Of a stretch of DNA of 64,000 nucleotides, positions 30,401 to 43,835 are shown piece by piece; positions within the stretch are counted from its first letter, which is position 1, and each line of letters opens with the position of its first letter. The stretch lies in NCBI GenBank assembly GCA_950097015.1, contig CATNEN010000024.1, forward strand, positions 1,612,001 through 1,676,000, written 5' to 3'. The DNA comes from Macrostomum hystrix. Taxonomy: Eukaryota > Animalia > Platyhelminthes. The notes beneath the pieces were generated by a model, which searched no databases, had not been told where the DNA came from, and saw only the letters and a list, made by a program, of their open reading frames with translations. A program made the translations under genes and the position numbers.

Positions 30401-32647
30401 CAACGACAAGTATATTGATGACAGGAGCTCCAACGACAAGTCCATTGCTGACAGGAGCTCCAACGACAAGGCCATTGCTGACAGGAGCTCCAACGACAAG
30501 TCCATTGCTGACAGGAGCTCCAACGACAAGTCCATTGCTGACAGGAGCTCCAACAACAGGACATTCTTCGACTGGACCAGTATCAACAAGTCCAGTAAAC
30601 ACAGCGCCTCCGTCTACTGTCCAACCAACGAGCACTGAGTCGGCGACAACTGCTAGTCAGTGTTCGGCCTCCTATTGTCAGAATGGTCGCCCGTGTTCTC
30701 TAATTGGAAGCATTAGGCGTTGCAATTGTGGATCGAAGTACACTGGTGAACAATGCGAATTCAGTGAGTCTTTCATTCTGGTTTTGTGGCATTTTCCAAC
30801 GAAATATTAAACATTGTTGATCTGCATGCACATTTTACCTTCTTGCTTTTCAGAGCGAAATACTGTGGTAGCAACCAACCGTATTGAATCCCAAAATTTT
30901 CTGCCTGACTACTTCCAGATTACATCCACAGCGTCAATTCAATTCTTCCAACAATTTCAATCTTTTGTGAGTCAATCGCAAAATGTTTTTAAATTAAATT
31001 GTTGTATTACCTGTTGTAGTGGGGGTAATTGGCAGAGCGGTTAACGCGTTTGCCTCTCGCACAAAGGCCCCTGAGCTCGATTCCGCAGCGAGGGGACATT
31101 CATTTTGGACGCAGCCGTGAACAGGGTTTGGGGGCTTGCCGTGCAATAGACGCCATTTAGGGCCAACCTCAAAGCCACATTGAAAAAGTACATTTATAGC
31201 TATTTATAGCTGTGCATGACGATGAAAAAGTCAGGGCAGATGTACACACCTGTGTGAGCGTGTGCCTGCGCACGGTATCTGTGTGCGTGTGTGCTCAGCG
31301 AAATCGGCAGAATTGCCTCCTCGCCGGCTGCATGTCTTAGTGTCACCAAAAAGGTGCCCACAGCCCTCCTGCAATTATTATTTTTATTATTATTACAATT
31401 ATAATCTGTTGTGAAAAGTATGGATGCGGTCATGGTTTACAATCCTTGAATTTTAGCTTCGACAGAGCTTCGCACTGTCTTCAAACAAGGAATTCGCGCG
31501 AGCGTCTTTAGAGTTCACTCTCATCTCTCTGACACCGGGCTCGGTGGTGACCACCTATAGGATGGATGTGGGAACTAACACCTCTAGTCCTGACCTATCA
31601 GCCCGCGACATCGCTTCGGCCATGGATTCCGGACTCGCTGCGTTCGCTTCCAGTGGCGGCAACAGCAGTAGCTTCAACTTCACCGTCGGAAACACGACAG
31701 CCACTGGTGAGAAAGCATCGAGTATCTCACACTATGACTGCTACGTTCCGGGTAATAATTATAAAAAGCTTTTCATTGCCTCGAATGTTTCTAGCGTACA
31801 ATTTCTGCACCTCTGGTGAAGCCGGCTGCTCTTCTAACGCCGAATGCGCAATGGTTGGTACCACATACAACTGCACCTGCCGGTCTGGCTACACTGACTC
31901 GGAAACCAGCCAGCCAGGCACCGTTTGCACCCAGAACTGCCCGTCTAACGTTGCCAGCTGTTCGGGAAACGGCATCTGTAAGGCGGTCCGCGGCCAGGCC
32001 GTCCAGTGCGAATGCTTCACAGGCTACTCTGGCCCCACCTGCTCCCTGGTGTCTCTTAGCCCGGCGGTGCTGGCTCTGGTCATTGTTGTGCCAATCCTGT
32101 TTGCTATCATTGCTGCCGTGGTGACGGGCATGCTGTGCATGAACAGGCGGCAGAAGAAACTAAAGCAGAAAATCGCCGAGTCTGTTCTGGACACTGTCTC
32201 ACAGAGAGAGTCGATGGCGGCTGGTGGGACCAGCCGACCGTCCACTCACAGGTCGCAGAACGACATGGTAGGCGATGAAAAATCCAGGGTGATTCGTTTG
32301 ATTTGGTTACAAAAATTTAAATAAATATAAAAACTAAAACTTTCAAATTTTACCAGCCTCCCCAGGGCCGCATTCCAAGAGCTCAGCTCGCCCAACCAGA
32401 CTTCGCTAATCAGTACGCCTACGAGGAGTACGCAACCAGCAGTCGTCAGCAGCAGCAGCAACAGCAGCCGCAGCAAAGCTTTGCGTATCCTCACAAGCGC
32501 TATTCAAACATGATGTTTGTAGATGGCAACGGAGAGGTAAGAAAGACAATATCTTGTTTCCCCAGTTTAGCACACAAAAAAATTGTTTTCACCTCTTTCT
32601 CATCTCAGGATGCAGTCAACACTCAACGGAACACTCAGTATTACTGA
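24423..32647 (+). CDS. Transmembrane mucin (signal peptide, 2x[Pro/Thr/Ser repeats-EGF-SEA-EGF-EGF], TM, Tyr-rich tail), ~2329 aa, 10 exons
   Basis: Exons 24423-24483, 24570-28307, 28395-28504, 28655-28883, 28967-30763, 30854-30966, 31457-31706, 31795-32267, 32357-32536, 32609-32647; phases consistent, 6990 nt. Signal MGGPLLFRTRIFLVALALQFANG. Six 6-Cys EGF-like modules. SEA motifs RRGSIVV and TPGSVVT. TM VLALVIVVPILFAIIAAVVTGMLCM. Confidence 0.88.
24665..28155 (+). repeat. Coding 36-bp (12-aa, PSGSPPPMGSTR) repeat, ~97 units
   Basis: First PTS domain of the mucin. Confidence 0.95.
29200..30560 (+). repeat. Coding 15/30-bp repeats (TGSPP/TGPPATTPMA, then TGAPTTSPLL)
   Basis: Second PTS domain of the mucin. 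Confidence 0.9.
31021..31392 (+). mobile_element. Full-length tRNA-derived SINE in mucin intron
   Basis: A box TGGCAGAGCGG, B-box-like GAGCTCGATTCC, shared body, (ATT)n tail. Confidence 0.88.
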
Positions 32648-34688
32648 GCTGGAAAGCTTCTGTCACGGTCAGATGCCGCTCAACCACCGTCTGTCTCCGC
32701 ACGAGATATATGCTAACTTTACCTTCTCATTTACGTTTTGCGCTACTTTAACGCTTGTTTTAGTATTGATATTGCGATAGACAGAAATTAGACATAACCG
32801 GGACTATTGCGCGGCGCTTCTAAAGGCTGCGTTCAGCTGTTTAGTCCATGGACTATGGGGGCATCACACGCAATCAAATTTCTACTCCAGCTGGTGCTGG
32901 TTCTCACTTGAAAGCCGGGTAAAATGAGGTAATATGGGATTAACTGTATCTTTCTGAGAAATTCAAAAACTTTCCCCATGGCTAAGGCTAAAACTTCCGA
33001 CCGCTCTCTCGAATAGGAATCCAAAGATAAACTACAACCGCCAAGTTTGGGCCAAATTCACCAACGATTATTGAGCAACAACTCAGCAATTATTTATTAA
33101 AATTCCTTTTCCGCTTCCCACTAAAGTGCCTGGATGCAACTGGCTGCTACTTATTACTTATGGCAAAATGTAAAAAAACATTCCGTGTTTTATATTTCAT
33201 TGCGTCCTGCAAGGACTGTTTTGATACTTTTACCTCTTTACTTAGTTGAATTTGTGCTTTAACGTAGTTTTTAATCTAAAAATAATATAAAATGCATGCT
33301 AGAAACGCCACATTTAACTTGAGCTAATGATGCAAAAGAGGTGCGCTATAAGTCGGCTCCCTATACCTACAATTTGCAGTTAGTGAATCCTATTATTAAA
33401 AATATGAAAATAACTGTAAGTTTTACATAAAACTAGAATATCTTACATTACGAATAACTTTAGATTTTCGTGGTGTCAACTATGCTTCCTGAAAATTTTG
33501 TGATTCCAGAAAGGTATAAAAATCGCATAAAGCCTATGTGTCGAGCAGCTTATGATTTAATTTATTCAGCTATCTTCAAAGAGCTAGTTCGTTTTGTTAT
33601 AATGCTTTAGTATCGCTTAAAAGTTTAAACGTTTTTAAAAATAGAAACAAGAAATACTGATCACTGCTGGTGGCACAAAATGCGACGGATTTAATGCGCG
33701 TAGAAAGCTAGTTTGAAGGGCCAGCGTTCTATTTTCTTTTGAATAGTTTGTAAAATTTGAAGCTGACAAATTCTTTTTTAACTAACAGAACGATATGTAA
33801 AACAGTGTATTTGGTTCCACAATCCTAAATCTATCTCGCTCCATCACAGTACCTGTGGATGAGAGGATTAAGTTTTTAAAAGTGTTTCTAACCTTTATAT
33901 TATATTTTTTTCTAGATTAAAAAATAATTTAAAAAAATTCTCATGCATTCACTGTTTTAATTGTTTTTCCAGTCTGAACTTCATGATGGATAGTTACTAA
34001 AATTATTATTAATAATACCTCTGCATAAAATAAATCTGTGATTCATATATTTTTGTTACAGTTTCATAAATTGACTTGTGTATGCCTTTCACAATACTTT
34101 TTATCTGATAGTCTTTACTAATTTAGTAAATTGTACTATAAGCTAAGTTTTGGAATTCGATTAGGAAATAGTACACAATGTACTTTCAGAAAAAAATGTT
34201 AAACCTTAATGTTGATTTCTTTAATTTTGATTATTACAACAATAAAGACCTACTAGCTATTTGCAAATTTTTCACATTGTGCATATTACAAATTGGGTTT
34301 TTCATTAAAGAAATATTTTGCCTGCCAATAGTATCTTAAAACTGCAATATACATTGGAAATGAAGAAGCTTTCTCTCATGAAATTTTTTGATTTGAAAAA
34401 ATATTTTAGTTTACTAATATAAATCTCTTATGTAAATTTCATGATTATTAGTTATACTTTTTGGATGTATTTTAATTGAAACTATGCACAAGCATAAAAA
34501 TGGTAGTATCTGTAACACGTCTATTATAAAAATGTCTATGTTCGAGTAGTTTACACACAAATGATGTCATTCCAGGACAAAAAGCTTGTAAACGTAAAAT
34601 AAACCACCATTAGAATATCCAAAAGTACACAGCTAACCAACTATCGTCATTAATCTTCAACGCAGCATACACTGGCTAACACAAAGCA

Positions 34689-37600
34689 ATGTCGGACAGT
34701 CAGCCAGTGCCAGACAGTTTGCGTGACTATTACAATATCGAGCGCGTCTGCGAGGAGGTAAGCAGTCATCGAAGCCTGCCGCATGCCAGCCCGCAGAAGA
34801 CGGTGCTGATTGGCGTTCAGGTGCCAGCGCACAGCCGGCGCAGGCATCGACGCCGACGGGTTAACCAAGGTGAGCAGCTTCTAGTGCACAGTGTTAGGGT
34901 TAGGGTTAGAGGGTTCATCACTGAGACCAGACTCAGGCAACTCTGGAGGCGGCTATGGGACAGATCCAGGCATCATATGATTAATTAGAACATATATACT
35001 CAAAGCTGGCATCTTACCTGCATTCACCTCTCGTTACTTGCTTCAGCCGTGTCAATCGGCGAGTCAGTAGATGAGCACAATGACGCTGAGGGAGTCGACT
35101 CGCAACCCGGTGAGTTTTTTGGCGACTGACGCTGGCACCGGCGTCACTGACAATCAGGCCATAGGCAGTGATGTCACTCACAATCAGGATAATGGCAGTG
35201 ATGTCACTGACAATCAGGCCATAGGCAGTGATGTCACTGACAATCAGGCCATAGGCAGTGATGTCACTGACAATCAGGCCATAGGCAGTGATGTCACTGA
35301 CAATCAGGCCTTAGGCAATTATGTCACTGACAATCAGGCCATAGGCAGTGATGTCACTGACAATCAGGCTATAGGCAGTGATGTCACTGACAAGCTGCGT
35401 GGCTGCTAAAGTGCATTGTGAAGCGGCTGAGAGCTTGCCGGTCGGGTGTATTCATAAAAAATCAGACGGGATATTTGCAGCCGAGATAATTCATATCAGG
35501 AACTGCATAGATGATAATGCGGAGGCGACAGCGGTGCAAGCACCTACACATATGCGCACTGAGTACTATCGAACATGGGATTCGGGCATAATTTTATGCG
35601 TTACTTCATAAACCGGTTCTAGCCAGCTCGCGAGATTTGAGGTGGTGGGGTGGGAGAAACTCGGGGGGAGTGGACGGCTGGAATTAGTGGGATTCGAGGC
35701 CCGAGCTAGATTTGAAGGCCGCAGGCGTTGATCCGTAAATCAGACGCCCCAGCTCTCCTGTAACAGAATTCCCATCCATTTGCAAGTCCATTGTTAACAG
35801 CTTATCCCCGAAAATTCACATTTTTAATCCTCTCCTGCTCCGCTTCCCTCTGTCCAACGCCTTCGGAAACTAATGACAACAAATTTATGTATTGCCGACG
35901 CAGCCGTGTACAGCTCTCCCAGCTCATGTGCACTCTGGGTTGCTGGGAGAGGGAGGGAATTAAACTCGAGTGCACCTACGAGTACTTACGGGCATTGCTG
36001 AAATTCTACTCATTGTGTCCTGCTCACGCAAAGTTTTAATCTAAACATATTGTGAAGAGTTCTAATTAAATTGTAGTTTTCTTACTAAAGAGTCTCTTCG
36101 AAACTTAAAAAACTTTGTTTGAAAAATGAAACATTCAGATTGACCAGCTTAGTTGAGGCATACACATGCAACTTTCCAATTAATTTATTTTTCACACTTT
36201 TCAATCACTTAATTCTATTTTTTTTCTTTTGATGCTCAAGCGAACCTTGTCCGTGTGTTTGTGCCCGTAATCCGTTCGCTGAGCTAAACTCATGAGATTA
36301 ATGCGCACTTTTAAGTCTTAGTGCTTAAAATCCCATCACTACCCCTCTGATTCCTCCTACCCCTCCGATTCCTCCTACCCCTCCGATTCCTCCTACCCCT
36401 CCGATTCCTCCTACCCCTCCGATTCCTCCTACCCCTAAGATTCCTCCTACCCCTAAGATTCCTCCTACCCCTTCGATTCCTTCTACCCCTCCGATTCCTC
36501 CTACCCCTCCGATTCCTCCTACCCCTCCGATTCCTCCTACCCCTCCGATTCCTCCTACCCCTCCGATTCCTCCTACCCCTCCGATTCCTCCTACCCCTCC
36601 GATTCCTCCTACCCCTCCGATTCCTCCTACCCCTAAGATTCCTCCTACCCCTCCGATTCCTTCTACCTCTCCGATTCCTCCTACCCCTCAGATTCCTCCT
36701 ACCCCTCTGATTCCTTCTACCCCTCCGATTCCTTCTACCCCTAAGATTCCTCCTACCCCTCCGATTCCTCCTACCCCTCCGATTCCTTCTACCCCTCCGA
36801 TTCCTTCTACCTCTCCGATTCCTCCTACCCCTCAGATTCCTCCTACCCCTCTGATTCCTTCTACCCCTCCGATTCCTTCTACCCCTCAGATTCCTTCTAC
36901 CCCTCCGATTCCTTCTACCCCTCAGATTCCTTCTACCCCTCCAATTCCTCCTACCCCTCTGATTCCTCCTACCCCTCCGATTCCTTCTACTTTACTTTTT
37001 TTGCACTAAGCTGCTGTTGCTGCAAGTATATAAAAGCATACACAAGCAGGTAAAAGTACAGGCAGGATACAGCCCCAGTTGTATTTAACCTATTTCAAAT
37101 CCAACTGATATCTATTCTGGGCTTTCTGCATTCAGCCGCTATCCAAGCAATATTGCTCAGCTCAGGTTGAGCAGACTGGGCGCGAGTTCTGTGTCTAAAC
37201 GGGACGCATTGTAAATTTTCAAAGGATCTGTAGAAAAGCTGTTTTCTAGCCTAGTAGCCGGGCTGCACGCGATGTCTGAGGATTTGGCGGGTGAGGGAGT
37301 GAGGTGGGCGGGCAGCCGGCGGGAATCGGATTATAGGGCCGCGACATAGCGAGGGGCGGGGGGAGCTGTGGCATTCCCAGCAAACAGATTAAGCTAATCA
37401 GCCGTGAGAACCGACGCGACTCGTTTGACTATTTGTTCGAAATAATTAAACCTGTTGCTCCAATTAAGCGAGCGATGATTAACAGGCGGTGACGGGATCA
37501 GTATTGCTGTATAGAACTGTTCAAAAATTATCACCATAGAAAATATATTTATAATTCTGTTTCGTTGCAATGACATCCCCTCAGTTCGAATATCATCCCC

Positions 37601-40600
37601 TCAGTTCGAATTTTATCCCCTCAGTTCGAATTTTATCCCCTCAGTTCGAATTTTATCCCCTCAGTTCGAATTTTATCCCCTCAGTTCGAATATCATCCCC
37701 TCAGTTCGAATATCATCCCCTCAGTTCGAATTTTATCCCCTCAGATCGAATTTTATCCCCTCAGTTCGAATATCATCCCCTCAGTTCGAATTTTATCCCC
37801 TCAGTTCGAATTTTATCCCCTCAGTTCGAATATCATCCCCTCAGTTCGAATATCATCCCCTCAGTTCGAATTTCATCCCCTCAGTTCGAATTTTATCCCC
37901 TCAGTTCGAATATCATCCCCTCAGTTCGAATGTCATCCCCTCAGTTCAAATGTCATCCCCTCAGTTTGAATGTTATCCCCTCAGTTCGAATGTCATCCCC
38001 TCAGTTTGAATGTTATCCCCTCAAACTTTGGATGTTATCCCCTCATCATCACGCAGGCGGTTTCATCGGCTCCGCAGATCCATCTGCCCGAGTCCAGTTC
38101 CTGTTGGGCAACGTCGAAGACGAGGAAGGCGACGAGCTTGATGTGCACCCCATCTTCTGCGAGATGGACGAGCTGGTCAAGTGTGACTCGGCCGGTGCGT
38201 TTGCTGCGTCTGCTGAGTTACCTCCGACACCCCCATTCAGCCGGACCATCCGACACCCCCCATTCAGCTGGACCATCCGACACCCCCCATTCAGCTGGAT
38301 TCTCCGCCAACCCCCCATTCAGCTGGGCCATCCGACACCCCCCATTCAGCTGGATTCTCCGCCAACCCCCCATTCAGCTGGGCCATCCGACACCCCCATT
38401 CAGCTGGACCATCCGACACCCCCATTCAGCTGGACCATCCGACACCCCCCATTCAGCTGGATTCTCCGCCAACCCCCCATTCAGCTGGACCATCCGACAC
38501 CCCCATTCAGCTGGACCCTCCGACACCCCTCATTCAGCTGGACCATCCGACACCCCCCATTCAGCTGGACCATCCGACACCCCCCATTCAGCTGGATTCT
38601 CCGCCAACCCCCCATTCAGCTGGGCCATCCGACACCCCCATTCAGCTGGACCATCCGACACCCCCCATTCAGCTGGACCATCCGACACCCCCATTCAGCT
38701 TGACCCTCCGACACCCCTCATTCAGCTGGACCCTCCGACACCCCTCATTCAGCTAGACCCTCCGACACCCCTCATTCAGCTGGACCCTCCGACACCCCTC
38801 ATTCAGCTGGACCCTCCGACACCCCTCATTCAGCTGGACCCTCCGACACCCCTCATTCAGCTGGACCCTCAGACACCCCCATTCAGCTGGACCCTCCGAC
38901 ACCCCTCATTCAGCTGGACCCTCAGACACCCCCATTCAGCTGGACCCTCCGACACCCCTCATTCAGCTTGACCCTCCGACACCCCCCATTCAGCTGGACC
39001 CTCCGACACCCCTCATTCAGCTGGACCCTCCGACACCCCTCATTCAGCTGGACCCTCCGACACCCCCCATTCAGCTGGACCCTCCGACACCCCTCATTCA
39101 GCTGGTCCCTCCGACACCCCTCATTCAGCTGGACCCTCCGACACCCCTCATTCAGCTAGACCATCCGACACCCCCATTCAGCTGGACACTCCGCCAAATG
39201 CCGCATCCCGCAGGTGATCTGCAGTGGCGCGAGAGCGCTCGCTGGATCAAGTTCGAGGAGGACGTCGAAGAGGGCGGCGAACGCTGGTCGAAGCCGCATG
39301 TGGCCACCCTGAGCTTGTTCGCCCTATTCGAGGTTCGCAACTCCATCTACAGCGGTGAGATCCTGCTTGACTGCGAAGCCCTGACCATGGAGGCGGTGGC
39401 CGATCACGTGACGGACAGGCTGGTGGCAGCCGGTCGGCTGTCAGCGGAGACCCGGCCGGCGGTGGTCGAGGCCCTGTTGAAGCGCCACCTCCATCTGCAT
39501 GAGCGCAGGGCGAGGAGCGGCGCTGCCGCCAACTTGGGCGCCAAGATTCGCAGCTTCGCCGACATCGGCAAGAAGTCGTCGTCGAAGGACTTGGAGAGAG
39601 GTGGGCATTATAAATAATAATTGCAGGTGGGCTGCGGGGCAATGGCACATCATTTGGTGACACTAGACCCGCAGCCAGCGAGGAGACAATTCTGCCCATT
39701 TCGCTAACTCCTGAGCACACACGCACAGATACTGTACGAAGGCACACGCTCACACAGGTGTGTACATCTGCCCTGACTTTCTCATAGCCAGGCAGCACTC
39801 TCAATGGCCTTGGAGTTGGGACCTTGGTGCGAGAGGCAAGCGCGTTTACCGCTCTGCCACTCACTCCCCTGTGGGCAATATAATTTCGTTGATCTTCGTG
39901 GATGATCGGGTTCCAAAACCTGTACACCTTTTCCTTCCGCATCCGCAGACGCCGGCTCGATGCCACGCATCGGCAGCAGCCGCGGTGATATGGGCGAGAT
40001 TGACCCGTCAGCGTCGAACGCGGACCTGCAGCACCACCAGCAGCATCATCCGCAGCACCATCCGCACGGATACAAGTTCGATCAGCACTTCATGAAGAAG
40101 ATCCCACCCGGTGCTGAGACCTCCAACATCCTCGTTGGCAGCGTTGACTTCCTCGATCGCCAGCTGACGGCCTTCATTCGACTGCGCACCGCCGTGATCC
40201 TCGGCGATCTCACCGAGGTGCCGGTGCCCACCCGCTTCATCTACGTGCTGCTGGGACCCGCCGGTCAGACAGCCAACTTCCACGAGATGGGCCGGAGTAT
40301 GGCCACGCTCATGTCTGATGAGATCTTCCACGACATCGCCTACCTGGCCAAAAGCAAGGTGAGTCAAGGCACAGTGAGTGTGTACACTGCCTGACGATGA
40401 GAAAGTCATGGCAGATGTACACACCTTTGTGCGGGTGTGCTCAAGAGTCAGCGAAACGGGCAGAATTGCCTCCTCTGGGGCTGCGGGTCGACTATCGCCA
40501 GATGATAAGACAGTGCCCAATGCCGCCTGGAGATATAGACATCAATATTAATCCTGAGAGCCTTGGGTCAATCTTATCCCTTGGCACCTACAAAGGATGT

Positions 40601-43600
40601 CGCTGACTGTGCATCTCTTTCTTGTTCTGTTTGCTAAAGAGCAATGAGGAATGATCAATTGTTGATAGCAAAGCGTTTCATGTCACTCGATAGCACTGCA
40701 AAACACTGAGGTTCATCGACATGCCGCCCCCTATACTTGTTCGCCTTGAAAAGTACAAGTGAGTGCAACTGTCTGATTGGCAGGGACTAACAATCTTTAG
40801 CAGTGGCCTTTTGTCGGCGCGAGTTCGTTCATTTGACTACTATGGTAGTAAGCCTAAGTACCATGTAGGGCTAGTCTAGAAGGATGAAGATAGGTTGACA
40901 CCGTTTTAATTTTGTTCACGCCTGCTATAACTCGGACGCAATTTGGGAGATGCGTCGATGCCTTCTGTGATAGCAAATGCACGCACGTCAGATATATCTC
41001 TTCTACCTGTCAGGAGATCATGTCTAATATGCGCCTTGGAGACAGCCCTCCTTCTCCTCTATGAATCTGTCTTTCAAAATCGATACTATGCAATAACTAT
41101 GCAATACTTTGAGCAGCAGACACTAGGCAAACGATTGCTTGTTTCTTGAGTACAATTTCTTCTTCTGTACCTGTCTGTTCGGTGTACCTCTCGATTCGCT
41201 AGCTGGTCTAGTGGCTTCCTGCACGAAGAGTGAGAGAGGAGCGAGAGCGCCAATTAGTTCAAGACAGCCGCCTGGAGGCGCATCCTTTTCAATCAACATA
41301 GTGCTTCCCACGCCTCCCTCTAATCTTCCTCTCTAGCTCTGCATACGCGTGATTCTCCCTGAGTTTGCTCCTCGCTGTCAGCAAACAGTGACTATGGCCT
41401 ATTGTAAACAGTACGGGTAACCGAGATGATTCAGCTAGGTTAGAAATGACACCGAAATTAACAAAGCAGATTGTAATAGCAGAGCGCTTTAATGTCTATG
41501 GCCACGACCGCTGACATCCCACTGAATACCAAACCACTGACATTCCACTGAATACCAAACTGCTGACATCCATCCCACTGAATACCAAACCACTGACATC
41601 CCACTGAATACCAAACCACTGACATCCCACTGAATACCAAACCACTGACATTCCACTGAATACCAAACCACTGACATTCCACTGAATAACAAACCACTGA
41701 CATCCCACTGAATACCAAACCACTGACATTCCACTGAATACCAAACCACTGACATTCCAGTGAATACCAAACCACTGACATTCCACTGAATAACAAACCA
41801 CTGACATCCCACTGAATACCAAACCACTGACATTCCACTGAATACCAAACCACTGACATTCCACTGAATACCAAACCACTGACATTCCACTGAATAACAA
41901 ACCACTGACATCCCACTGAATACCAAACCACTGACATTCCACTGAATACCAAACCACTGACATCCCACTGAATACCAAACCACTGACATTCCACTGAATA
42001 CCAAACTGCTGACATTCCACTGAATACCAAACCACTGACATCCCACTGAATACTAAACCACTGACATTCCACTGAATACCAAACTGCTGACATTCCACTG
42101 GATACCAAACCACTGACATCCATCCCACTGAATACTAAACCACTGACATTCCACTGAATACCAAACTGCTGACATCCATCCCACTGGATACCAAACCACT
42201 GACATCCATCCCACTGAATACTAAACCACTGACATTCCACTGAATACCAAACTGCTGACATCCATCCCACTGGATACCAAACCACTGACATCCATCCCAC
42301 TGAATACTAAACCACTGACATTCCACTGAATACCAAACTGCTGACATCCATCCCACTGGATACCAAACCACTGACATCCATCCCACTGAATACTAAACCA
42401 CTGACATCCCACTGAATACCAAACCGCTGACATCCATCCCACTGAATACCAAACCACTGACATTCCACTGAATACCAAACCACTGACATTCCACTGAATA
42501 CCAAACCACTGACATTCCACTGAATACCAAACTGCTGACATCCATCCCACTGAATACCAAACCACTGACATCCCACTGAATACCAAACCACTGACATCCC
42601 ACTGAATACCAAACCACTGACATTCCACTGAATACCAAACCACTGACATTCCACTGAATAACAAACCACTGACATCCCACTGAATACCAAACCACTGACA
42701 TTCCACTGAATACCAAACCACTGACATTCCACTGAATACCAAACCACTGACATTCCACTGAATAACAAACCACTGACATCCCACTGAATACCAAACCACT
42801 GACATTCCACTGAATACCAAACCACTGACATTCCACTGAATACCAAACCACTGACATTCCACTGAATACCAAACCACTGACATTCCACTGAATAACAAAC
42901 CACTGACATCCCACTGAATACCAAACCACTGACATTCCACTGAATACCAAACCACTGACATTCCACTGAATACCAAACCACTGACATTCCACTGAATACC
43001 AAACCACTGACAGGGCTGTCTAAATACTCAAGTTAAAATCTATACTATCGCTCGCAGTCTTAAAATTTATACAACAAACTATAGTATCACAAATATAATT
43101 ATGGAATTATTGATTGATAATCAATATAGATTGATGGATTTCAGTCGATGAGAGTTTTATCCCCAAAAAACTTAACGCGCCCTAAAATGCCGAATCTTCC
43201 CGACCGCAGGAGGATCTTCTGTCTGGCGTGGACGAGTTTCTGAAGTGCTGCACCGTGCTGCCGCCAAACGAGTGGGATCCTACTATCCGCATCGAGCCGC
43301 CCAAAGAGATCCCCTCGCAGGAGCCAAGGAAGCAGGGCAGTAGCCTAGTAGTCAATGCGTCCGCCGCAGCGCTGGGCTCAGCTTCCGCGTGTGAGTAGCG
43401 TCTATGCATAAAGATGTGCTGTCTGATTAGGATGAGGCTGTGCGCTTGTATTGCGACGGTGAAATTGAGGGTGTAAGGATATACATTCAGGTGTGGACTC
43501 AGGCTTCAGGTGTGAACTCAGGTGTGGTTTCAGGTGTGTGATAAGAATTCAGATCCAAAATTCATGCGGCTCATTAAATTTTCCCCTTCGCAGCCAGCGT

Positions 43601-43778
43601 CGGCAGTCCCGACATTATGACGGGTCAAAACGCATCCGCCAAGAAGTCACTTTTATCTTTCTCGTCATCATCTCCATCCCCGGCGCCACCGTCGCCACCG
43701 TCGCCGAATTCTCCGGAGTCGCCGGCTTCACCGCCTTCACCATCAGGCGGCGGTGTCGGCGCCAGTGGCGGAGGCGGA

Positions 43779-43835
<57 letters not shown>

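Noticed and set aside
34893-34913. TTAGGG x2-3 telomere-like motif
   Set aside because: Too short to call an interstitial telomere.
40600-41420. Possible decayed retroelement in SLC4 intron 5
   Set aside because: No RT, endonuclease or integrase motif recognisable in any frame.
41458-43007. Multiple 185-280 aa ORFs
   Set aside because: Translations of the 26/30-bp array.
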